Of a stretch of 21,151 bases of DNA, positions 1-9,700 are shown piece after piece. The notes under the pieces were generated by a model. It was given only the letters and a program-made list of their open reading frames with translations. It was not told the origin of the DNA and ran no database searches. Position 1 is the stretch's first letter. Each line of letters opens with the position of its first letter. The position numbers were made by a program, and so were the translations under genes. Source of the DNA: Chlamydiota bacterium (GTDB lineage: Bacteria; Chlamydiota; Chlamydiia; Chlamydiales; RGXB01); NCBI GenBank assembly GCA_947494155.1, contig CANLTW010000020.1:1-21151 (forward strand), in the 5' to 3' direction.

Positions 1-47
1 CACACAATCAATAAGTTCTATAAAAACCCTTTTTTAATAAAAATAAA

Positions 48-76
48 TTTAAATTTTTTTATAAATATGATATAAT
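48..76 (+). promoter_or_regulatory. Putative sigma70/sigma66-type promoter with extended -10 for the ORF at 109
   Basis: TGaTATAAT at 68-76 (perfect -10 plus TG), TTTAAA at 48-53 with a 17-nt spacer, very AT-rich upstream DNA, and an AGGGGG Shine-Dalgarno-like run before the TTG at 109. Confidence 0.5.
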
Positions 77-108
77 AAATTATAGGATATATTTAGGGGG
101 ACCTTAGT

Positions 109-696
109 TTGTATTTAGGGGATAATTTAGGTCACATATCTATTTATTTAGACAACTGTTTTGAGGTGTCCAATCTTGGGAATAGCAATATTTTATTAGA
201 CATCGTTAAACATATTTTCTCTTTTCTTTCCTCGCTTTTCAAATCCCTCCCAAGTCCATTTTCTGTTCCCGCTGAGGGAATTTATGATCGTGACTTGAAA
301 GAATTAGAAAATGATTTCGTTCGAATGCGCTTCACTGTGGATGGAAAAAAACATGAAGATATTGAAACAATAAAACGTTTAGCGGATTGGGATGCATTTA
401 AGACTCACCAAGGTAAGTTTTTAGGCTGCGTTAGTCAATCTAATCAAGCTCAAAGTTGTAAAGCGCTAGTAAGACATTTTCCCATAGAAAGATTTCATTC
501 CAGACCCGAACAAGATACCACGGTAAAAATAGATACACAAAAAAAGACCGTTACCATGACGAGAACCTTTTCCATTTATGCATTGAATGATGAAGTTGCG
601 CCCGTAAAGACTGCTTACCAAAGGATTCTATCTCTCACTAGAGTCTTTTTCGATAAGTCTGATGTAAGAATGGAAATTGATTTTCAAAATGCTTAG
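109..696 (+). CDS. Hypothetical protein (195 aa)
   Basis: Long ORF with TTG start, SD-like AGGGGG and a promoter candidate. No family recognised. Confidence 0.7.
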   Translation: MYLGDNLGHISIYLDNCFEVSNLGNSNILLDIVKHIFSFLSSLFKSLPSPFSVPAEGIYDRDLKELENDFVRMRFTVDGKKHEDIETIKRLADWDAFKTHQGKFLGCVSQSNQAQSCKALVRHFPIERFHSRPEQDTTVKIDTQKKTVTMTRTFSIYALNDEVAPVKTAYQRILSLTRVFFDKSDVRMEIDFQNA

Positions 697-711
697 AATA
701 ATCAAGCCACG

Positions 712-736
712 ATCCCTGCTGCGATAGAACAGGGAT
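712..736. terminator. Short hairpin between convergent genes, possible terminator or mRNA 3' stem
   Basis: ATCCCTG (712-718) and CAGGGAT (730-736) form an inverted repeat between the stops at 696 and 750. There is no clear U-tract. Confidence 0.3.
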
Positions 737-749
737 AGGCCCTCAACGG

Positions 750-1814
750 CTAGGCAATCGTAATCTGTGGATTCATGTAGACATCTTGCACCGATTCGAT
801 AAGCTTTACACCCTCTTTGAACGGTTTTTGAAAGGCCTTTCGTCCCATAATAAGTCCGGCGCCGCCCGCTCTTTTATTCACAATAGCAGTGTAGATCGCC
901 TCACTTAGATCCTCTTTATCATTCTTTGTCGAAGCACCACCGGAGTTAATTAAGGGAATTTTGCCTGCATAGCAATTAAGAACTTGGTAGCGGGTATAAT
1001 CAATCGGATGGTCTTTACAAAGATCGGTGTAGCATCTTGGATCGGTTTTTCCAAACTTCAGGGCATTATACCCACCGTTACAGGTCGGTAGTTTCTGCTT
1101 GATAATATCGGCTTGAATTGTGCAACCAATATGACAGGCTTGTGCTGTTAGATCTGCGGCTAAGTGGTAGTCAGTATCTCCCACTTTAAAGGCGGGATTT
1201 CTAAGATAACACCAGAGTACTGTAGCCATCCCTAATTCATGCGCATAAGCGAACGCGTGTGAAATCTCGGTGATTTGGCGATTCGATTCTTCTGATCCAA
1301 AATAAATTGTAGCTCCGACAGCGGCTGCGCCCATTTGATAGGCCTCATCCACGCTTCCAAAAAGCACCTGGTCATGCTGGTTTGGATAACTGAGGAGCTG
1401 ATTATGGTTAATTTTTACAAGAAAAGGGATTTTGTGGGCATATTTCCTCGCGTACAACCCCAATACTCCAAATGTGGAGGCAACAGCATTACAACCCGAT
1501 TCTACAGCAAGCTTAATGATCATTTCAGGATCAAAAAAATCGGGATTTGGAGCGAAAGAGGCCCCGGCTGAATGTTCTATCCCCTGATCTACAGGTAAAA
1601 TTGAGAGGTAACCGGTACCACCTAAACGACCGGTTCCATACATCCTTTCGAGGTTATTAAGAACATTTTGGTTACGATCGGAATGTACATAAATCTCTTC
1701 CATTCGGTGCTTTGGATGATGAAATAGTTTCTCTTTTGCAACACTTGGTGTATAGTGCATCAATTTTTCAAACGTTTTTCCACCTAAAATGGCCTCGATC
1801 TCTTTACTATCCAT
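750..1814 (-). CDS. fbaB: Class I fructose-bisphosphate aldolase (DhnA/FbaB type)
   Basis: Motifs [41 protein letters not shown] (Schiff-base Lys), LINSGG and [10 protein letters not shown]; 354 aa. GAGGTG lies upstream of the ATG. Confidence 0.96.
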   Translation of the reverse strand: MDSKEIEAILGGKTFEKLMHYTPSVAKEKLFHHPKHRMEEIYVHSDRNQNVLNNLERMYGTGRLGGTGYLSILPVDQGIEHSAGASFAPNPDFFDPEMIIKLAVESGCNAVASTFGVLGLYARKYAHKIPFLVKINHNQLLSYPNQHDQVLFGSVDEAYQMGAAAVGATIYFGSEESNRQITEISHAFAYAHELGMATVLWCYLRNPAFKVGDTDYHLAADLTAQACHIGCTIQADIIKQKLPTCNGGYNALKFGKTDPRCYTDLCKDHPIDYTRYQVLNCYAGKIPLINSGGASTKNDKEDLSEAIYTAIVNKRAGGAGLIMGRKAFQKPFKEGVKLIESVQDVYMNPQITIA

Positions 1815-1911
1815 CGAATTTTTCGCACCTCAAATTGGATTTTCCTCAAGATAGCAGAGGCAACCGTTTTTTTTAACTAAATTCGAAAAGAACCAATCTG
1901 CCTTTTACTCA

Positions 1912-1940
1912 TAAGCCCCTTTTCAAATTGCAGGGGCTTA
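1912..1940 (-). terminator. Stem-loop immediately downstream of the sugar porter gene
   Basis: Perfect 9-bp inverted repeat TAAGCCCCT (1912-1920) / AGGGGCTTA (1932-1940) with an 11-nt loop, 4 nt past the stop at 1945. The U-tail is weak. Confidence 0.5.
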
Positions 1941-1944
1941 AAAG

Positions 1945-3126
1945 CTAAGTTTTTTTCTTGAACATATGCTCGATATCATCAAGGGATTTACCTTGCGTTT
2001 CGGGTAAGTAGCGCAAAGTGAAAAAGATCCCCAAAAACAAAAAGAATATAAATATCCCGTATAAACCATTCACTCCGATCTGCTCGATAACATTTAAGGT
2101 GGAGAATGCGATAACCGCATTGAAAAAAAGGTTGAAAAATGTCGCAACCGTAAGCAATCTCCCTCGATATTTTTCAGGGTAGATTTCTGCTAAATAGACC
2201 CACACTACGGGTCCTAGACTTGTCGCAAAGGAGGCGATATACAGTAGGGTTCCGATTTCATAAAACCCCCAAAGACTAAGGATCAAACCTAAAATCATCC
2301 CCGTCGAACCATAGACCAGTAGAGGCTTACGCCCGAGCTTATCGATAAAATAGATGGCGAAAATGGTCATAATAAAATTCACAATTCCGATCCCTACAGA
2401 GGCAAATAACGCAATATCTTTAGAGGCAATCCCCTCTTGGAGTAAAAGAGTAGGCGCATAATAAATGATTGCATTGATCCCCGTTACCTGTTGTAGCGAG
2501 GCCAGGATGATTCCTAAAATAAGCGATCTTTTAATGTCCGGGGTAAATGTAATCAGATTCTTTGTGTCTCTTTTGGGCTCGTGGGTAAAATGGAATTTTT
2601 TACTCAATACAGCCCCAAAAAGCCCTAGACCGGCTATTAATGCACTAAATGCATAAGGTGTTTGCCATGCCCCCGTTTCATAAATCAGGTAGTTCGATAA
2701 ATATCCCACCAAAATTCCGCTGGTAATCAAAAGCTGATGCAAAGAGACAATCCCCCCCCTTTGGTCTTTTTGGCTGATTTCAGCTAAAAACATAGGGGCC
2801 ACTACCGAGCTGGCTCCAAGTGCTACTCCGGTGAGGAGCCGGCCGACCACTAAACCGTCAATTGTTTCCGATAAAGCGAAAAGAATTGCACCAGAAAAAA
2901 AGAGTGCGTAACTAATTACTAAAGAGTTTCTTCTCCCAAACCAGTCTATAAAAGAGGCAACACAAATAAGTCCTATAAGGGACCCAATCAGCAAGCTCCC
3001 TACAACCAGCTCCTCTTGAAACGGGTTTTTAAGAATCCCATCCTGTAAAAAAACAAGCGTTCCAGAAATAACACTTAAATTGAAGCCAATTAGAAAAGAG
3101 GCTGCAACGATAATAATATAGATCAT
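1945..3126 (-). CDS. MFS sugar porter (SP family, GalP/XylE/GLUT-like)
   Basis: SP signatures DWFGRR, GRLLTG, APMFLAE..RG, QQVTGINAIIYY, DKLGRKPLL, GPVVWVYLAEIYP..RG and LPETQGKSL, plus many hydrophobic segments. Confidence 0.93.
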   Translation of the reverse strand: MIYIIIVAASFLIGFNLSVISGTLVFLQDGILKNPFQEELVVGSLLIGSLIGLICVASFIDWFGRRNSLVISYALFFSGAILFALSETIDGLVVGRLLTGVALGASSVVAPMFLAEISQKDQRGGIVSLHQLLITSGILVGYLSNYLIYETGAWQTPYAFSALIAGLGLFGAVLSKKFHFTHEPKRDTKNLITFTPDIKRSLILGIILASLQQVTGINAIIYYAPTLLLQEGIASKDIALFASVGIGIVNFIMTIFAIYFIDKLGRKPLLVYGSTGMILGLILSLWGFYEIGTLLYIASFATSLGPVVWVYLAEIYPEKYRGRLLTVATFFNLFFNAVIAFSTLNVIEQIGVNGLYGIFIFFLFLGIFFTLRYLPETQGKSLDDIEHMFKKKT

Positions 3127-3199
3127 AATCTACTCATTATCAGGAGGAACATTAATTTTAAATATTTTGTTAAAAAATTAAAAACATCGTTTTTACAAA

Positions 3200-3721
3200 C
3201 TAGCTTTTTTTGGAATAAAACTCCTCTACCACTGCCCCCTTTGAGCACCTTCCTCCAAGAAATTCTTTATTGTCGTAGCGTAAATGGGCATGAAAAAGGG
3301 TCGATTCTTTTTCAAAAACTCTAGGCAAAAAAGCTGCATCCCCTGCAAAAAGGGGATAATTAAAAAGGTCTTTTATGGGGATAAATTCTAAAGATCCCTC
3401 AGGATTTTCTTTTAGGGGAATTCCATCATACTCCTCTACAAGGAATACAGCCCCCATCCAAGTCTCATTTTTTTTACCAAACCCCTCCCAATGGACAAAT
3501 CCTTTGAGTGTAAACTTCGTCGCCTGGATATCGGCCTCCTCTTTAAGCTCTCTTTGCATACACTCCACGATGGTCTCATTGTCCTCCATCTTTCCTCCAA
3601 GTCCGTTATAAAAACCAAGCTGATCATCTGTAGAGCGTTTATGGCGATGCACCATTAAAACTGAAGAATGATCCCGATTGAGGACATAAATTAAAGTTCC
3701 TATGATCACAAATCCGTGCAT
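3200..3721 (-). CDS. Nudix hydrolase, MutT/MTH1-like (probable 8-oxo-dGTP diphosphatase)
   Basis: Nudix box NGLGGKMEDNETIVECMQRELKEEADI, plus ENPEGSLEF and GDAAFLP. ATG at 3721 is preferred to TTG at 3727 because AAGGA lies 7 nt upstream of it. Confidence 0.85.
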   Translation of the reverse strand: MHGFVIIGTLIYVLNRDHSSVLMVHRHKRSTDDQLGFYNGLGGKMEDNETIVECMQRELKEEADIQATKFTLKGFVHWEGFGKKNETWMGAVFLVEEYDGIPLKENPEGSLEFIPIKDLFNYPLFAGDAAFLPRVFEKESTLFHAHLRYDNKEFLGGRCSKGAVVEEFYSKKS

Positions 3722-3733
3722 ATCCAAATCCTT

Positions 3734-6700
3734 TTAGCGATCTTTTACGATTCGAGCCGCAATTTTTCCCAAATGGGGCTCCAGTTTATCCCTATTTGCC
3801 TTCACAAGCCTCTTTTTGACTACCTGTTGGATCCAAACGTCAAATTGGGTCAGAATTTTATTCTTTCTATTTTCCTCCAAAGAGGGAATCGAATCAAGAT
3901 TTTCTAAAAAGTGTTCAATAAAAAACACTATCTCCTCTTTTGATTGCAGAGCCTGGTTTGCTATGTCATGCAACCCACACCCGACAAGAGCACGGCACTT
4001 TTCCAGCATATACAAGCGGCCTTGCGCGGGGGTTTTAGCACCCATAATCTCTCTATCCAATAACCGGAAATAGCTATAAAGAAGCTTGGTAATGTCCATG
4101 ATTTCCAATCGTGAGGTATCGAAAGTGGCTATTGCTTGCAGCATCAGGTCTAGAAACTGAGTTCTTACCCAGGATTTCTGTTGTGCTATATCGGGATCTT
4201 TTTCAGAAAAAGTGAACTGGATATCGAGCATTTTTTCCAAATTAGGAAAAATTTTTGAAAAGAGTGGGCTTAAGCTGGGAGTAAAGAGCATGGGGAGCAT
4301 TCGTATAAGCTCTTTTACTTTCAAAAAGCAGATCTCGGTTGCTTTTAAGAGGGCTTTTTTATTTTCCTCCTCTTTCATGGAGGCCTTCAAAGAGTTATCC
4401 ATGAGGGAAGATAAAAGGGAGCCGTAGAGGAACATTACTGTGTGGGAAACCTCGAGCCCCACCTCATGAAGGAGATTCTTGTCTTCAAGAAGACGAGTTG
4501 AATGGGTCTCATAAAATAGGGAAATCGCCTCAACAAACTCCCTGTTTTTCCATCCGTTTTCATGATCCAAAAGAGATAGAGCCCTTCCTGCGACTCTCTG
4601 CATAAAATGGAGTCGTTCTTTACCCTCCCCTTTTTTTTCAAAAAGCTTGCTATAGGTTTTTAAGATTTTTTTGCAATCTTTAACCTCTAAGTCGTAATAA
4701 ATAAGATCTGTATCAAATCTCTGATCTAATAAAGGGAGCCCTTTTTCAAAAACCAGTTTGTATTGTTCATAGATGAAGCGGGCTTTGTTGTAGAGGTTTT
4801 TATCATAAAAATCGAGCAGACAACGTATGGTAGATTCGTACGCGCTTGAAAAAATATCCCCCTGAGCTTGAATCATCTCCTTTTGCATTAAGATCGTTTG
4901 TGGATCCATACTAGATGAAAAGAAAGAGCCTATCAGGTCTGCGGCGATATGGACAAGATAGACGTTTTTTAACCGGGCTGCATTTCCAAAAAATCTAAAA
5001 AAGTCTTTCAGAATTTCAGTATCTCCGAGTCTTTTGTAAAAAAGTTGCCGAACAAAGATTTTGAAAAAGGGATCAAGCTCGTCTTTTTGTGCATCGAACT
5101 CCTCAGGGAATATTCTTAAAAAATCGACAAACGAATTAAAGACCCTATCGACAATTTTAAAATAACGGTCCATATCAAGTTCCGCTAAAAAATCCCTTAA
5201 AATAGAATTTACGACTTTAAAATCGAGCTTAAGGGTATTGGTATCGTACTGAGTTAAGACCACGTAGGTATCCAGACAAATCGCCAGGGTTTCGGTAATT
5301 TTCAACCGCTCTTGTTCGTTAGTAGCTTTTAAAAAAAGTTTTTTCAAACAATCCATCCCTTTACAGATATCCGCAAAAAGGGTGTCTAGGTAAAAATGGG
5401 AACACTCGGGATGATTAAGCCCATCCTGGTACTTTTCGTAGATGGCAACTAGCGAAGGGCCCTCAAGAGGGAAGGTTTCCAAAAGAGTAGAAACGATCTC
5501 TTTTTTTTGTTTAGATCTGGAAAAACCCTCTTGTTCATTCATGAGAAAACACTTGCGCAAAATCTCCAGCCCCGAAAAAGTATCGGATTGGTTTTCCATT
5601 TTATTCTTAAAAAGATGACATTTCCACTGCAGAAGGCTGGAAATTTGTAGCGGATTTAAATCCGCTACATCCTCTTTAAAGGAAAAAAGCCTCTCTTTTT
5701 TGGGGAACAAAAGATCTAAGTCTTCAAGGTATATTTTGAGCCAACTAGCGGAATAGCATCTTTTTTTTGCAATCGGAGCTAAAAGGGCACAATAGAGCTC
5801 TTTTTTTTCCTCTATAGGTTTAGATCCCAGGTTAGCAGCGTATGAGGCGACAATTTTATCTGTAATTCTTTCAAGACACTCTCCCTTTAATCCGTTTAAA
5901 TCTTGAAGATAAACCCCAATACGGCTTTGCATTTTTTCATAAATCCCGACTGAAGGCGCTCGTTGAGATAGCAGGTATAAAAAAGCGAGATCTCTTGGTT
6001 TGGAGAGGGTAGGAAAAAAAAGGGTCGCTTCGTAGCGGTCTAGAAACTTCGTCATGGCATCCACCAAATCGGGGTGGGTCAGCTCCTGCCGCATGACGAG
6101 TATTGCCAGTCGCTCTGCCTCTGCATCGGTTAGGTGTACTTGGTGGGTTAAACTTTCGAGCACCTTTAAAACCGTAGGGAGATTTTCTCTGCTATAAAGA
6201 AAGCTTTCAAGGAACTGAACCCCAACATTTGCTAAGGCGACACCCTCCGTTTCCAAAGCAAAAAAATGGTCTACCAACCAGGAGACTTGAGAGGGGTTAA
6301 CTGTAGTCCATTCTCTATTTTCTAAAAGACCTCTGAAAAGGGTCGCCTCAAGCTCATTATGGGTTTTTTCAAACAGCATATAGAGATCTATTTGATTAGA
6401 AAGGGGGAGCTGGTTGAACTCTTTCAAAGGAAAAATAGCCAAAAGACCCTGTGCAACAGTCTCGGTACGGACTTTTTCCAAAATAGCGGGGTGCGACACA
6501 ATAGGATAAAAACTTTTAAAACACTCTTCAGGGCTAATGGCCTTTTGGCAGAGAGCAAAACATTTTGCTAATGTTTTATCCTCTACAAAATCTCTGAAAA
6601 AGATCTCACTGTTTTTCCTATTTAAAAAGGCGTTTAAAACGACCGCATGACGGGGATCAAAACTAAAATCCTTTCTCATCAAAAGAGTCTTAAATACCGC

Positions 6701-9700
6701 CAATCGTATGGGGACTTTAGAGATTTGCATCAAATTTGCATCCAAAAATGGGAAAAAATCACCACTTTCTTGAAAAAGCCTTACAGCGGCATCAAAATCT
6801 TTTTCTAAAAGCCCTACTAGAATCTGCAGATAAAGATTTTCACTTTTTGGTGAAAAAAGCTCTTTTTTTTCTAAAAGCTTTGCTAGAAGAGCACCCAAGT
6901 TACAGTCCTGAGAACTTAAAAGATTAGAGCTCAAATGGAGCAAAAGAACCTCGATTTCCCCCTTTTCAGCTTTTTCATCAAGACATTCCAAAAGGGTTTT
7001 CAAAACTCTTGGGTCTTTTCGTAAAAGATCCGCAGGCGAATTTTTTAAAACCTCTAGCCCTTCTTTCAATGAATTGAAAAGTTCGAAAGCCTCAAAAAAA
7101 CAGGCTAAGCGCTGCCCCTGGAAAAGAGCTCTCAGTTTCAGCTTAACCTCGTGAGAAAATTTCAGATCCGGATATTTTTTCAGTAGCATCTCAAGAAATT
7201 GCTGCATCTCTAAAGGGCAGCTGTCAAGTCTGGCCACGATCTGAAATACCTCAAGCGCCTGTTTTTTAGATCGACTCCCATAGGCACTCAAGAAAGGGAT
7301 AGTGGGGGTTTTTTGGTCGTAGCGAAGGGTTAATTCCTCCACCATAGAAAAGATCTCCACAACCTCAAATCCCTCATCGGCGACTTTAAGGTAAGCTTGA
7401 AGGAACTCTTTTTTTAGATCTAAAGAGCCGGAAAATTTTGTTTTTAATCCCCTTTTAAGGATAAGCGTGAAGTAGGCGCTCTCTTCCAGCTGCCCTTTGA
7501 GTTCGAGAAGCTGCCCCTCTTGCAGAACGCGAGAAAGGTTCTCTACCAAACGGCAATCGGGGTCTTTTTGCAAAATAGAGGGGCATTTTTTTAGAAACCT
7601 CAAACCCAGCGGGATCAGATCTCTGTTTTTTGGGTGGGGATACTCGATTTTGTCCTTCAAAAAATAGAGTACCCTATCCGCAGCCAAATCCTGGTGTTCG
7701 TCTGAGATCTCAGCTAAAACAGTTTCTAGTTGTAAATCTTTGAAAAGCGACCCCAGTATACAGGGACAAACGGGCTTTTCCTCGTGAGCTGCTTTCACTA
7801 AATAGGCGTAAAGAGGCCTTTTGAGCAAAAATATCTCGTCTTGAGACAGAACCGATAGATCGGCTATTAGCTCCTCTTCACTTCTGTTTTCAGAAAAATG
7901 ATAAATTCTTAAAAAGGAGAAAGCCTCTTTTGCTAAGGGAGATAAACTTTGGGTTGAAAGAGCTTCCAATCCATCGATCGAAAAAGGTTGTCGGGTTTCT
8001 AAACTCAAAATCAGAAGTGTAAAAGGGAGAAGATCTTTTGTGTTGAGCGCCTCACTCTTCAAATCTCCAAAAAACCTGTCTTTATTTGGGCTATGATCAT
8101 ATGCGTCTTGTATCCAGGGAAAAAATCGGGTGGTAAGCCCCTTTCTAAAAAAAAGACCGACCGCTTTAGTCATAGGCATCGACAATGCATAAATTTCGTA
8201 CCTTTCCAAAGCCTTCCAAGAAAGATTTGAAAAGAGCCCTCTTGACTCTATCCAATTCAAAAGGGGGAGTTTTTCTTCAACATAAAGCACATCATCCTCA
8301 ATAAAGCGCGAGCACTGATCAAAAAAAGTTTTGGGGTATAAGTCCAAAAACTCTTCATACAAATTCCCGCCGAAAAATTTCCTTAAAAGATGCTCCATAA
8401 CTAGAAATGTGGGTCTTTGAATCGGATCGAGAGTAAATTTTCTCAAGAACATCCTCTTCTCTTCGAGCGCTTTGTCGGGGGGGAATTCAAAAAGAAATTG
8501 TTTCAACTCCTCTTCAGAATATCTCCCCTTAAGGATGCAAATTGGCATGAGCTGATGGAAAACCTCTTGGGTAAGAAGATGGGTTTTATTCAAATTTTTA
8601 AGATAGTCAAGGGGATCTTTTTGCGATAAAGGGGGGAGTCTATGGTTCTTTCTAATCTTTTCCCATTCGGCTTGTTGCTCCCCTGTAAGGGGGTATTTTT
8701 CTAGGTAAAGCTCATATAGTTTTTCAAAAAAAGTCTCCACTTTTTCGGCGGAGATCCCCGGTTCGGCAGCGTACAGTAGGAGGGCATTGGAAAAAACTTT
8801 TAGGCTGGTTTGCGGATCTTGAGGAAGAAAATGACAGATATCCTCTACCGAAGCCGCAAACGATTTGGGGAGAAAAAACTGATGGTTCAAAAGAGCAAAT
8901 GCATTCTTTTTAATCACTAATTTTTCCGGGCTATTCAGTAAAGCAGACGACAAGACACTTAATAGCTCTTTATAGGGATCCCAGGCTACAGCATGCGGAA
9001 AGTAACCCAAAAATGGATCAAGCTCTTCGTCGATTGCAGCAAGAATAGCCTCTGCGGCTGACTCTGGTATGTCTTTACAAAAGAAGAGAGCATTGTGGAG
9101 ATTCAACTTGAAATTAAGGACATTAACCCTTTCAAGATGGTTTAAACAAAAAAAGCGTAAACTCTCTTTGAAATGGGAATTTTGCAAAAAGCTTTGTTGC
9201 AAGTGATGAAGGGCAAGATCTATTAATTCTTGAGGGACAAGATAGCCCTGGCTAAACTTTTTAAAAACCCTGAAATGGAATCCATAAGCGGTTTCAGGCT
9301 GGGAGAGATTAAGGATTTTGTATCTGGAAAGCTCTAAAACATGTTCAAGATCCGGGTTAAGAGCCTCAGGTACAAGGCTTATGCTGCAATTATTCAAAGG
9401 GCCGGGTCTTAACTCTACAGCTAGGCTATCATCATCAAATAAATGGGTGCGAGCACCTGGCACCAAAATCTTTACATCCACATTTCCAAAAGATAGACAC
9501 AAGTGTCTGTCGGAGGATTTGTAGAAATAGACATCAAAAACCTCCTGGGAACTTAAAGCCTTTTTTCGTGGCGACCGGGCTGAATTCACCCAATTTTGCA
9601 CCAAATCCACCATATATGTTTTGAATGTTTGATAGGATTTCTGCGGATCTTGCTCTTCGAAAAGGGCGAAATCGATATCACTATAAGACTGATTTCCACT

